Assembly: GCA_963707215.1 (NCBI GenBank)
Contig: CAVPPB010000001.1
Location: 448,001 to 512,000, forward strand
Length of the DNA stretch: 64,000 bases
Source of the DNA: an uncultured Chloroflexia bacterium
GTDB taxonomy: Bacteria > Chloroflexota > Limnocylindria > Limnocylindrales > CSP1-4
Direction: 5' to 3'
The position numbers and the translations under genes are program-made. The notes below the pieces were generated by a model. That model was not told where the DNA came from and did no database searches. It saw nothing but the letters and a program-made list of their open reading frames with translations. Every line of letters begins with the position of its first letter. Position 1 is the first letter of the stretch. Positions 39,306 to 49,146 of the stretch are shown here, piece after piece.

Positions 39306-40940
39306 TCAAGCCGCGGTCGGAGCAGGCTCCGGCGCCGCTTCCTCGACCTCCTGGCCCTTCTGCGGGATGAAGCGCGCGAGGATCCAGTACAGGACGAATC
39401 CGACGAGGAAGGCCACGACCCAGCTGTAGTCGTACAGGTTGAAGATGAACTCGCCGAAGGCGAGATCCCACTTGAGGAACGGCAGCACGCCGGTCTCCGG
39501 GAACGGCCCCGTGCCACCGGCGGGGGTGTAGGCGCCGCCGATGGCGAAGAAGGCGCCGACCACGAGGGCGACGACCGCTCGCCAGTTCCAGCCGGCCGCA
39601 TAGCGGTAGATGCCGCTTTGCCGGTACAGGTCGGCCAGCTTCAGGTTCCGCCTGCGGATCAGCCAGTAGTCGGCGATCAGGACGCCGGCGATCGCACCGG
39701 TCAGTCCGCCGTAGGTGCCGAGCCAGGTGAAGATGTAGATGCTCGGGTCACTGAACAGGTACCACGGCATGATCAGGATGCCGATGATGCCCGTGATGAT
39801 CCCGCCGGTCCGGAAGCTGATCTTGCTCGGCCACGCGTTCGAGAAGTCGTAGGACGGGCTCACGACGTTCGCCGCCACGTTCGTGGACAGCGTCGCCAGG
39901 GCGAACGTGAACAGCATGAACAGGACGATGGGCACGCTGTCGATCTGGGCGACGAGCTGCGTCGGGTCCCAGATCGCTTCGCCGTAGACGACCACGGTGG
40001 CCGACACGGTGAGGACGCCGATCAGGGGGAACAGGGTCATCGTCGTCGGCAGCCCGAGTGTCTGGCCGAGGGCCTGCTCGCGCTGGCTGCGCCCGAACCG
40101 GGTGAAGTCGGGCATGTTCAGCGAGAGCGTCGACCAGAAGGCGATCATGCCCATCAGCGAGATGGGGAACACCGCCCAGAAGTCAGCGCCCCAGCCCAGG
40201 GTGCCGCTCTGGCTCACGACGGGCCCGAGGCCGCCGGCCTGGATGACCATCCAGATCATCAGGATGACGAAGACCGTCACCAGGAACGGGGCTGCCAGGT
40301 TCTCGAACCGCTTCACCGCGTTCATGCCGTACAGGATGATCGCGATGTTGGCGGCCCAGAAGAGCAGGAAGCTCAGCCACATCGTCCACGGCTGCGCGGC
40401 GGCATCGCCGAAGCCGATGGAGATGGTGGCGGCATCCGTCCAGAAGTTCCCTTCTCCAAGGACCCAGTTGAAGAAGGCGGCCCCGATCCCGAACACGGCA
40501 AGGGCGCCGATCCAGGTCTGGATGCCGAACCAGATGCAGGCGATCCCGGCCCGCAGGAGGGCGGGAAGGTTGGCACCCCAGACGCCGAATGCCGCCCGAG
40601 AGACCACCGGATATGGGATCCCGTACTTCGTGCCCGCGTGGCTGATCAGGAGCATCGGGATCAGGACGATGATGTTGCCGAGGGCGATCGTGAGGATCGC
40701 CTGGACCCAGTCCATCCCGAGGGCAATCAGGCCGGCGGCCAGCGCCCAGGACGGCAGGTTGATCGACATTGCGACCCAGAGGGCCAGGTAGTTGTAGGTC
40801 GTCCACGTGCGCTTGGGCAGCGCAGCGGGCGCGAGGTCGCCGTTGTGGAGCGGCGAGCCCTCCAGTGATGCGTCCGTCGCCGGGCTCAGCTCATGACGCC
40901 CGTCGGGATGGACGATCTCCTCCATCGTTGCCGCGGTCAT
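39306..40940 (-). CDS. NCS1 nucleobase:cation symporter
   Basis: RTWTTYNYLALW, GTKYGIPYPV, WFGIQTW, NMPDFTRF, NVAAN. Confidence 0.95.
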   Translation of the reverse strand: MTAATMEEIVHPDGRHELSPATDASLEGSPLHNGDLAPAALPKRTWTTYNYLALWVAMSINLPSWALAAGLIALGMDWVQAILTIALGNIIVLIPMLLISHAGTKYGIPYPVVSRAAFGVWGANLPALLRAGIACIWFGIQTWIGALAVFGIGAAFFNWVLGEGNFWTDAATISIGFGDAAAQPWTMWLSFLLFWAANIAIILYGMNAVKRFENLAAPFLVTVFVILMIWMVIQAGGLGPVVSQSGTLGWGADFWAVFPISLMGMIAFWSTLSLNMPDFTRFGRSQREQALGQTLGLPTTMTLFPLIGVLTVSATVVVYGEAIWDPTQLVAQIDSVPIVLFMLFTFALATLSTNVAANVVSPSYDFSNAWPSKISFRTGGIITGIIGILIMPWYLFSDPSIYIFTWLGTYGGLTGAIAGVLIADYWLIRRRNLKLADLYRQSGIYRYAAGWNWRAVVALVVGAFFAIGGAYTPAGGTGPFPETGVLPFLKWDLAFGEFIFNLYDYSWVVAFLVGFVLYWILARFIPQKGQEVEEAAPEPAPTAA

Positions 40941-41291
40941 TCACTCCCTCCGTCGTGTCGTCCCCCGCGGTTGATGCCACGGACCGACCGTATGGTCGTG
41001 CTCGGATCGATCTACGCTCGGTTCCTCCTCCTGCTGCGTCCAGTGCCGGGTGCGTCGCATCGTACGGGACCGTGCAAGCGTCGCGTGAGCGATCCGTGCA
41101 CAGGCGACCCGCCGCCGATGCCGAGCCGGTCGGGCCACCCGTGGACCGGATGGACCGTCCCGCCGGGAGGCGCACGCTGCGAGACCCGGACCGCACGGGT
41201 GTACGCTTCCGTCGCTCCCGCGGGGCGGCCGAGTCGTCCGGTGGGCCGTCGATATGCAGAGAGGACCGCAGGGTCGAGGAGGGTGACCGAG

Positions 41292-42146
41292 ATGCCCCGT
41301 ATCGTTCGAGGTGCACTGCTGCAGGCGACCTGGACCGGCGACAAGGAGTCGATGATCCAGAAGCACGAGGCGGCCGCCCACGAGGCGGCAGAGCAGGGCG
41401 CCCAGGTGATGCTCTTCCAGGAGCTCTTCTACGGGCCCTACTTCTGCCAGGTCCAGGACGCCCAGTACTACGCCTACACGGAACTGATCCCGGACGGTCC
41501 GACGACGAAGCGGATGCAGGACCTCGCGAAGCAGACCGGGCATGGTCCTCATCGTGCCGATGTACGAGGAGGACTCGACCGTCGTCCGGCATCTACTACA
41601 ACACGGCGGCGGTGATCGACGCCGACGGCTCGTACCTCGGCAAGTACCGCAAGACCCACATCCCGCACGTCAAGGGCTTCTGGGAGAAGTTCTACTTCCG
41701 GCCCGGCAACCTGGGCTATCCCGGTGTTCGAGACGGCCGTCGGCAAGGTCGGCGTGTACATCTGCTACGACCGCCACTTCCCCGAGGGCGCGCGGGCGCT
41801 CGGCCTCAACGGCGCGGAGATGGTCTTCATCCCCAGCGCCACCTCGCGCGGCCTGTCGGAGTACCTCTGGCGGATCGAGCAGGTCAGCCACGCGGTGGCC
41901 AACGGCTACTTCGTGGGCACGATCAACCGGGTCGGCATCGAGGCCGAGATCGGCGACGACGACTTCTACGGCCAGAGCTACTTCTGCGACCCGCGCGGCC
42001 AGTTCATCGGCTCGGTCGGCAGCCCGTACGACGAGGAGCTGATCGTCCGCGACATGGACCTCGACGTGGTCACCCAAGTCCGCCAGACCTGGCAGTTCTA
42101 CCGCGACCGCCGGCCCGACCAGTACGACGACCTCGTCCGACCCTAG
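41292..42146 (+). CDS. Nitrilase-family N-carbamoyl-beta-alanine amidohydrolase (beta-ureidopropionase-like); 3 apparent frameshifts (~41540, ~41585, ~41722)
   Basis: Joined frames give the FQELF / YRKTHIP / ICYDRHFPE catalytic E-K-C triad, plus FWEKFYF and TINRVG. Confidence 0.88.
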
Positions 42147-42204
42147 CCCGACCCTGGGTCCGGCAGCCACCGTCCCGGCCTCGCGCCCGCACCGGAGGTA
42201 CCAG

Positions 42205-43213
42205 ATGGAATTCGGATTCACCCTCAAACCCGAGCACTCGCTCGAGCGCACACTCGCCCTGACCCGGCAGGCGGAGGCGGCCGGCTTCAGCCACGGCTGG
42301 CTGTTCGATTCGCACGTCCTCTGGCGCGACCCGTACCCGCTCCTGACGCTCATGGCCCAGGCGACGACGACGCTGCGGCTGGGGACCTGCGTCACCAACC
42401 CGGCAAGCCGCGAACCGTCCGTCACCGCCTCCACCCTGGCCGTGCTCTCGGAGCTGTCACGGTGGCCGTGTCGACCTGGGCATCGGGCGCGGGGACTCGG
42501 CCCGTCGGGTGCTCGGCAAGCCTCCGACCACGATCAAGGATCTCGAAGAGGCGGTCCACGTCATCCGGGCGCTCGTCGAGGGTCGGCCGATCGAGTTCGA
42601 GGGAACGATGCTCCAGTTCCCCTGGACGGCCGGCTGGCCGCTGCCGGTCTGGATCGCGGGCTACGGCCCGGTCGCGCTCCGCCTGACGGGACGGATCGCC
42701 GACGGGGCGATGCTCCAGATCGGCGACCCGGACCTCATCCGCTGGTTCGTCGGCCAGGTCCGCGGATCGGCGCGGGAAGCGGGTCGCGACCCAGCCTCGG
42801 TCCGGGTCATGGCGGCGGCCCCGGCCCACGTCGGCGACCTTGCCGCGGCCCGCGATCGCACCCGCTGGTTCCCGGCCCTCGTCGGCAACCACGTCGTCGA
42901 CCTCGTCAACCGCTACGAGGGCGAGCTGCCCGAGGCCCTCACCCACTATGTCCGCGGACGCGAGGGCTACGACTACCTCCATCATGCCGAGGTCGGCAGC
43001 GACAATGCGGAGTTCGTGACGGACGACATCGTCGACCGTTTCGCGATCGTCGGCGACGTCGACGCCCACGTCGCCAAGCTGCTCGAGCTGCGGGCGGCCG
43101 GGGTCGACCAGTTCAACCTCTACCTCATGAACGGAGATGAGGAGGCCCAGCTCGAGTACTACGCTAGCGAGATCATCCCTCGCTACCGAGCAGCCGCCGC
43201 CAGCGACGCCTGA
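42205..43213 (+). CDS. LLM-class (Mer-like, probably F420-dependent) oxidoreductase, TIGR03842-like; apparent frameshift ~42460
   Basis: W-x-FDSHVLW, GTCVTNP, GIGRGDS, FPALVGNHVVD, YDY-x-HH, DRFAIVG. Confidence 0.85.
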
Positions 43214-43345
43214 CCAGAGCCCTCCTCGAGCTCGCAGCGATGCGCGCGGAGGCCGATCCGCGCGGGCACGATAGCCCTTCCGTCAGGCTCGACGACGGGA
43301 CCCTTCATCGGCCAACATCGCCTTGAACCGATCGAAGGAGGATGC

Positions 43346-43537
43346 ATGGCACGGCTGTCGTTGCGTCGGGCCGACCCCTGGTGGGACGTCGAGGGTCGGG
43401 CCGTGCGCCGGGACCGCACCCATCGCCGGGTCGTGGGCGGGATCGCGTTCGCTCTGGCCATCGGAGCCTGCGGCCTCACGGCGGCGACCTGGGCCCGGCA
43501 GCTCGAGCCCCTCGTCGCGCGGCTCCTGGCCGGCTGA
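43346..43537 (+). CDS. Small membrane protein (63 aa)
   Basis: AAGGAGG 4 nt before ATG; one TM segment VVGGIAFALAIGACGLTAA. Confidence 0.65.
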   Translation: MARLSLRRADPWWDVEGRAVRRDRTHRRVVGGIAFALAIGACGLTAATWARQLEPLVARLLAG

Positions 43538-43618
43538 CAGACCCGCTCGCCCTGCGCATCAGCCACGCCGGGCGCGTCGCCGGGACCCCTATCCTCTGGG
43601 CCACACCCGGAGGCAGGC

Positions 43619-45106
43619 GTGAGCACCCCAGACCAGCCGCCCAGCATCCACGACCCGAACGCTCCCACGTTCCGCGTCCTGTCCGAGGAACAGCGCCGGC
43701 GCATCCACGACGCAGCCCTGGCCGTGCTCGAGGACCCGGGCGTCCGGATCACCACGAACGCGGCTCGTGACATCCTCCTGGGCGCCGGGGCGACGACCGG
43801 CCCGGCCGACACGGTGCGGATCCCGTCCCGCCTCGTCGCCGAGGCCCTGGCGGTCGCTCCGAGGGCCTTTGCCCTGTATGACCGCGATGGCCGGGAGCGG
43901 CTCCGGCTGGGTGAGGGTCGGGCCTACTTCGGGACGGGCGTCACGGCCCTCGCCTACGAGGACCCGGCGACCGGAGCCGTCGCCGACTTCACGCTCGACG
44001 ACGTCGCGGCGCTCGCTCGCCTGACGGACGCCCTGCCGAACCTCGACTTCATCGCCACGCCGGGGGTCGTCCGGGCCGGCCCGGACCTGCCCCAGGCGAT
44101 CGTCAACCAGCGCGAGTTCCTGGCGATGCTCACCGGGACGACCAAGCCGATCATGCCGCTCATCGAGGACGCGACCGCCCTCGCGGACATCGTCGAGATG
44201 GCGGCGATCGTCGCCGGTGGGCGCGAAGCCCTCCGCGAGCGTCCCTTCGTGGTGCCGTACCTGAACTCGGTCACCCCACTCGTCTTCAACGCGGAGACCC
44301 TCGACAAGCTCATCCTCTCCGTCGACCATGGGCTGCCGGTCGTCTGCCAGGCGGCCCCGACGCTCGGCGCGACCGGACCCGTGACCCCGGCCGGGACCGC
44401 CGTCCTGTGCGCCGCCGAGACCCTGGCTGGCCTGGTCCTGGCCCAGGCACGCCGACCCGGCGCCCCGTACATCACCGGCTCGATGCCGATGGCGATGGAC
44501 ATGCGGACCGGCGACGTGACCGGCGGCGGCGCCCCGGGTCTCCTGGTCTACCTCGCCGGGGTCGAGATGGCCCGCCACTGGGGCCTCCCGCAGGTCGGGT
44601 CCGGGGGTTCCGCCGATTCGAAGATCGCCGACGAGCAGGGAGCCCGAGAGGCGGGTATCGCGATCGTCCAGGACGTGCTCGAAGGAGTCGACCTCTCCTT
44701 CGACGTCGGCTCGCTGGAGATGGGCCTGGCGACCTCGGCCATCCAGGTCGTCATGGCCGACGAGGCGATCGAGGTCGGCCGGGGCCTGCTCCGCGGCATC
44801 CGGACGGACGACGAGGCGCTCGCCGTCGACGTCATCCGCGAGGTCGGCATCGGCGGGCACTTCCTGGCGACCCGTCACACGGCCGACCACCAGCGGGAGC
44901 TCTGGATGCCGACGCTGACGAGCTGGGAGTCCCGGCGGGCCTGGGAGGCCGACGGGTCCCGCTCGATGCGGGAACGGGCCCGCGAGCGAGCGATCGAGCT
45001 GATCGGGACCCACCGGCCGCCGGAGCTGCCGGATCCAGTGCGCGCGGCCCTCGACGAGGTCGTGGAGCGTCGTCGGGCCGTGGCGACCAGAGCAGCCAGC
45101 GCCTGA
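43619..45106 (+). CDS. Trimethylamine methyltransferase (MttB) superfamily protein, non-pyrrolysine
   Basis: IHDAALAVLEDPGV, GATGPVTPAG, AETLAGL, MDMRTG, DSKIADEQ, GGHFL-x-x-x-HT; no in-frame TAG. Confidence 0.9.
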   Translation: MSTPDQPPSIHDPNAPTFRVLSEEQRRRIHDAALAVLEDPGVRITTNAARDILLGAGATTGPADTVRIPSRLVAEALAVAPRAFALYDRDGRERLRLGEGRAYFGTGVTALAYEDPATGAVADFTLDDVAALARLTDALPNLDFIATPGVVRAGPDLPQAIVNQREFLAMLTGTTKPIMPLIEDATALADIVEMAAIVAGGREALRERPFVVPYLNSVTPLVFNAETLDKLILSVDHGLPVVCQAAPTLGATGPVTPAGTAVLCAAETLAGLVLAQARRPGAPYITGSMPMAMDMRTGDVTGGGAPGLLVYLAGVEMARHWGLPQVGSGGSADSKIADEQGAREAGIAIVQDVLEGVDLSFDVGSLEMGLATSAIQVVMADEAIEVGRGLLRGIRTDDEALAVDVIREVGIGGHFLATRHTADHQRELWMPTLTSWESRRAWEADGSRSMRERARERAIELIGTHRPPELPDPVRAALDEVVERRRAVATRAASA

Positions 45107-45225
45107 GGCTCGATCGACCGACGGCGAGGCCCCGGCGGGTCGCGCGCCGCCATGCCCGAGGCGTATCCTCGTGGCACTCGCGACCCTTGTAGCGGCCCCC
45201 GGCCGCGGCGCCCAGGAGGATCGGC

Positions 45226-46641
45226 ATGCGAACGCTCATCAAGAACGGGACGGTCGTCACGGCTGAGGGTTCATACGACGCCGACGTGCTCGTCGAGGAC
45301 GAGCGGATCGCCGCGATCCTGCGGCGATCCTCGGGAGCGGTCGAGACCGCCCTGGCGGGGCTCGTCGTCGACCAGACGATCGACGCGACCGACAAGTACG
45401 TGATCCCCGGCGGCATCGACGCCCACACCCACATGGAGCTTCCGTTCGGCGGGACCTTCGCCAAGGACACCTTCGAGACCGGGACGCGCGCCGCCGCCTT
45501 CGGCGGGACGACGAGCATCGTCGACTTCGCGGTGCAGCCCAAGGGCGGATCGCTCCGCGAGGGCCTCGACACCTGGATGGCCAAGGCCGAGGGCAACGCC
45601 GTCCTGGACTACGGCTTCCACATGATCATGAGCGACGTCCGTGACGACTCGCTGGCCGAGATGGACCAGCTGGTCGCCGAGGGTATCCCGGACTTCAAGC
45701 TGTTCACTGCCTACCCGGGCGTCTTCCTCAGCGACGACGGGGCGATCTTCCGGGCGATGCAGCAGACCGCCGGCAACGGCGGCCTGATCATGATGCACGC
45801 CGAGAACGGCCCGACCATCGACATCATCGCCAACCAGACGGCCGAGGGCGGCACGACGGACCCCATCGGCCATGGCCTGGCTCGCTACTCGATCCTCGAG
45901 GGCGAGGCCACCAACCGGGTGATCCGCCTGGCCGAGGCGGCGAACGTACCCGTGTACATCGTCCACCTCTCGTCGCGGGACGCCCTCGAGGCGGTCAAGG
46001 GAGCCCGTGACCGGGGCGCCAAGGCCTTCGCCGAGACGTGCCCCCAGTACCTCTTCCTGTCGCTCGACGACATGGGCAACGGCTTCGAGGGCGCCAAGTT
46101 CGTGTGCTCGCCGCCGCTCCGCCCGAAGGACCACCAGGAGGACCTCTGGACCGGGCTCATCAAGGACGACCTCCAGCTCGTCGGGACCGATCACTGCCCG
46201 TTCGACTTCCACGGTCAGAAGGAGCTCGGTCGGGGCGACTTCAGGAAGATCCCGAACGGCCTGCCGGGCGTCGAGGAGCGGGTCGATCTCATCCACGACG
46301 GCGGCGTGGTCGGTGGCAGGATCAGCCGTGAGCGGTGGGTCGAGGTCGTCTCGACGGCGCCGGCCCGGGTCTTCGGGATGTACCCGCAGAAGGGCGCGAT
46401 CGCGGTCGGCTCGGACGCCGACATCGTCGTCTACGACCCGAACCGACGCCACGTCCTCAGCGCGGCGACCCATCACATGGACGTCGATTACTCCTGCTAC
46501 GAGGGGCGCGAGGTCCAGGGCGGCTCGGACGTGGTGATGAGTCGGGGCACCGTGGTCGTCCGCGACGGCGAGTGGGTCGGACCGGCCGGCCACGGCCGGT
46601 TCATCAAGCGGGCACCCGCCGATTTCGTGCGGGTCTCCTGA
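45226..46641 (+). CDS. hydA: Dihydropyrimidinase
   Basis: PGGIDAHTH, GGTTSIVDF, FKLF, HAEN, ETCPQYL, TDHCPF, IPNGLPG. Confidence 0.95.
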   Translation: MRTLIKNGTVVTAEGSYDADVLVEDERIAAILRRSSGAVETALAGLVVDQTIDATDKYVIPGGIDAHTHMELPFGGTFAKDTFETGTRAAAFGGTTSIVDFAVQPKGGSLREGLDTWMAKAEGNAVLDYGFHMIMSDVRDDSLAEMDQLVAEGIPDFKLFTAYPGVFLSDDGAIFRAMQQTAGNGGLIMMHAENGPTIDIIANQTAEGGTTDPIGHGLARYSILEGEATNRVIRLAEAANVPVYIVHLSSRDALEAVKGARDRGAKAFAETCPQYLFLSLDDMGNGFEGAKFVCSPPLRPKDHQEDLWTGLIKDDLQLVGTDHCPFDFHGQKELGRGDFRKIPNGLPGVEERVDLIHDGGVVGGRISRERWVEVVSTAPARVFGMYPQKGAIAVGSDADIVVYDPNRRHVLSAATHHMDVDYSCYEGREVQGGSDVVMSRGTVVVRDGEWVGPAGHGRFIKRAPADFVRVS

Positions 46642-46663
46642 TCGACGGGGCCCGGACGCCGCC

Positions 46664-47627
46664 TTGACCGGCACCGCGTCGACGTCCTCGGGCGAGCGTG
46701 GCCCCAGCCTGCCCGGGCCGGGCGAGGTCGTCGTCCTCGACGGGGGATTGGCGACGGAGCTGGAGGCCCGCGGTCACGACCTCTCGGACCGCCTCTGGTC
46801 GGCCCGACTGCTCCGTGACGACCCCGCCGCGATCGAGGCCGTCCACGCCGGCTACTTCGGGGCGGGGGCCCGGGTCGCCACCACCGCCAGCTACCAGGCG
46901 ACGGTCGAGGGGTTCGCCGCCGTCGGGATCGCCCGCGACGAGGCGCTGGACCTGATCCGCCGGAGCGTCGATCTGGCCCGCAGGGCCCGTGACCGGGCCG
47001 TCGCCCGAGCGGTAGCCGCCGGAGACACCCGCCCCAGGCTCGTGGCCGGCTCCGTCGGGCCCGTACGGGGCGATGCTCGCCGACGGCTCCGAGTACACCG
47101 GTGCCTACGACCTGACCGAGGCCGAGCTGGTGGCCTTCCACCGGCCCCGCGTGGAGGCCCTCGTCGAGGCCGGCGCCGATCTCCTCGCCTTCGAGACGAT
47201 CCCGAGCGCAACGGAGGGCGCTGCCCTGGTCCGGCTCCTCGACGAGCTGCCCGGCGCCCGGGCCTGGCTGTCGTTCCAATGCCGCGACGGGGAGCGCACG
47301 GCCAGGGGCGAGCCGATCGAGGAGGCCGTGGCCGTGACCGCGGACCAGCCCCGGATCGTGGCCGTCGGCGTGAACTGCACGGCGCCAGGGGACATGCCGA
47401 CGCTGCTGGCGGCGGCTCGCCGGGCGACCACGCTCCCTCTCGTCGCCTATCCCAACGCCGGACGCGGCTGGGACGCCGAGAGCCGGACCTGGCTCGCCCC
47501 CGACGGCGTCCCCTTCGACCCGGCGACGGCGGCGGGCTGGCGCGAGCTCGGCGCGACCTGGCTTGGCGGCTGCTGCGGCGTCGGGCCGTCCGGGATCGCG
47601 GCCCTGGCGAGCCGGCTGGCGGCCTGA
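46664..47627 (+). CDS. mmuM: Homocysteine S-methyltransferase (MmuM-like); apparent frameshift ~47060
   Basis: LDGGLATEL, LWSA, TASYQA, GSVGPYGA-x-LADGSEY, FETIP, GVNC, YPNAG, GGCC. Confidence 0.88.
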
Positions 47628-47658
47628 CCGAGAGCGTCGATGGACCCGGTCGGGTCAC

Positions 47659-48750
47659 TCAGGCCCCGCCGCCTCCGAGGACGACCGGCAGCCGTCGAGC
47701 CCCCCAGGTACCGGGCTCGGCCTCGAAGACGCCGGCGATCCGGGTCCCGCACCTGCCGCAGCGGCCCTCGGCGTCCAGGCCCCAGTGCCCGAGGTCGTAC
47801 CAATCGCGCTCGATGAGCAACGCGTCGCAGGTCGGGCATCGCGTGCTCTGGCCATCGCGATCGTGGGTATTGCCGGTGTAGGCATAGAGGATGCCGTTGG
47901 CCCGGGCGATCTCGCGGGCACGCCGCAGGGTCGACGGTTGCGTCGGCGGCGTGTCGAGCATCCGGAAGTCGGGATGGAACGCGGTGAAATGGACCGGCAC
48001 GTCGGGCCCCAGCTCGTCGACGATCCAGCGCGTCATCGCGTCGGTCTCGGCCTCGTCGTCGTTCCAGCCGGGGATGACCAGGTTCGTGATCTCGACCCAG
48101 ACATCGGTCTCCCGGCAGAGGTAGCGGAGGGTATCCCTGACCGGCCCGAGATGGCCTGCGGTGAGATCGGCGTAGAAGCGCTCGCTGAAGCCCTTGAGGT
48201 CGACGTTGGCAGCGTCGATGTGCTGGTACAGCTCGGCTCGCGGCTCGGGGTCGATGTAGCCGGCCGTGACCGCCACGGCCTTGAGCCCTCGTTCGCGGCA
48301 GGCATCGGCCACGTCGATCGCGTACTCCATGAAGACGACCGGGTCGTTGTAGGTGAAGGCGACGCTCCGGCAGCCGAGCCGGACCGCCGTCTCGGCGATC
48401 AGCTCCGGGGAGGCCGCGTCGGCGAGGGTATCCAGCTGGCGGCTCTTGCTGATGTCCCAGTTCTGGCAGTAGCGGCAGGCCAGGTTGCAGCCGGCCGTGC
48501 CGAAGGAGAGGACCGACGTACCCGGCAGGAAGTGGTCGAGTGGCTTCTTCTCGATCGGGTCGACGCAGAAGCCCGACGAGCGGCCGTAGGTCGTCAGAAC
48601 GATCGCATCGCCGAAGCGGGCCCGGACGAAGCACATGCCCCGCTGACCCTCGCCGAGGCGGCAGTGCCTGGGACAGACGTCGCATTGGACGCGACCGTCG
48701 TCGAGGCGATGCCAGTGGCGGGTGGGGTGGGTCGTCCCGAGCTCCATCAT
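47659..48750 (-). CDS. amrS: AmmeMemoRadiSam system radical SAM enzyme
   Basis: CDVCPRHC, DPIEKKPL, GCNLACRYCQNWDIS, AFTYNDP, FHPDFRM, C-terminal CxxC pairs. Confidence 0.93.
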   Translation of the reverse strand: MMELGTTHPTRHWHRLDDGRVQCDVCPRHCRLGEGQRGMCFVRARFGDAIVLTTYGRSSGFCVDPIEKKPLDHFLPGTSVLSFGTAGCNLACRYCQNWDISKSRQLDTLADAASPELIAETAVRLGCRSVAFTYNDPVVFMEYAIDVADACRERGLKAVAVTAGYIDPEPRAELYQHIDAANVDLKGFSERFYADLTAGHLGPVRDTLRYLCRETDVWVEITNLVIPGWNDDEAETDAMTRWIVDELGPDVPVHFTAFHPDFRMLDTPPTQPSTLRRAREIARANGILYAYTGNTHDRDGQSTRCPTCDALLIERDWYDLGHWGLDAEGRCGRCGTRIAGVFEAEPGTWGARRLPVVLGGGGA

Positions 48751-48837
48751 CGGTGGCCTTCCGGGTCCATCATGCTCCTGTCCGGCCCGCCGGTCATCGG
48801 CCGAGCGGACCCGATCCGCAGCCCGGAGGCAGCTTCG

Positions 48838-49146
48838 ATGCACGTCACCCTGGTGTCCGTCCACGTCAAGCCCGAGCACCTCGACGAGTACCTCGACGAG
48901 CTGCGGGCGAACCACGAGGCGTCGGTCCGCGAGCCCGGCAACCTCCGCTTCGACGTCCTGCGCTCGCCCGAGGACCCGACCAGGTTCCTGCTTTACGAGG
49001 CCTACATGGACGCCGACTCGGCCGCGGCCCACAAGGAGACGGCTCACTACCTCCGCTTCCGGGACACGGTCGCCGACTGGCAGGTCGAGCCGCGGACCGG
49101 CGTCCGCTGGGACGGGCTCTACCCGGAGGTCGGGGCCGGATCGTGA
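48838..49146 (+). CDS. ABM-family protein (LsrG-like)
   Basis: SVREPGNLRFDVL...RFLLYEAY...HKETAHY. Confidence 0.88.
   Translation: MHVTLVSVHVKPEHLDEYLDELRANHEASVREPGNLRFDVLRSPEDPTRFLLYEAYMDADSAAAHKETAHYLRFRDTVADWQVEPRTGVRWDGLYPEVGAGS

Noticed and set aside
43619-45106. Pyrrolysine recoding in mttB
   Set aside because: No in-frame TAG and no pyl genes in the window.
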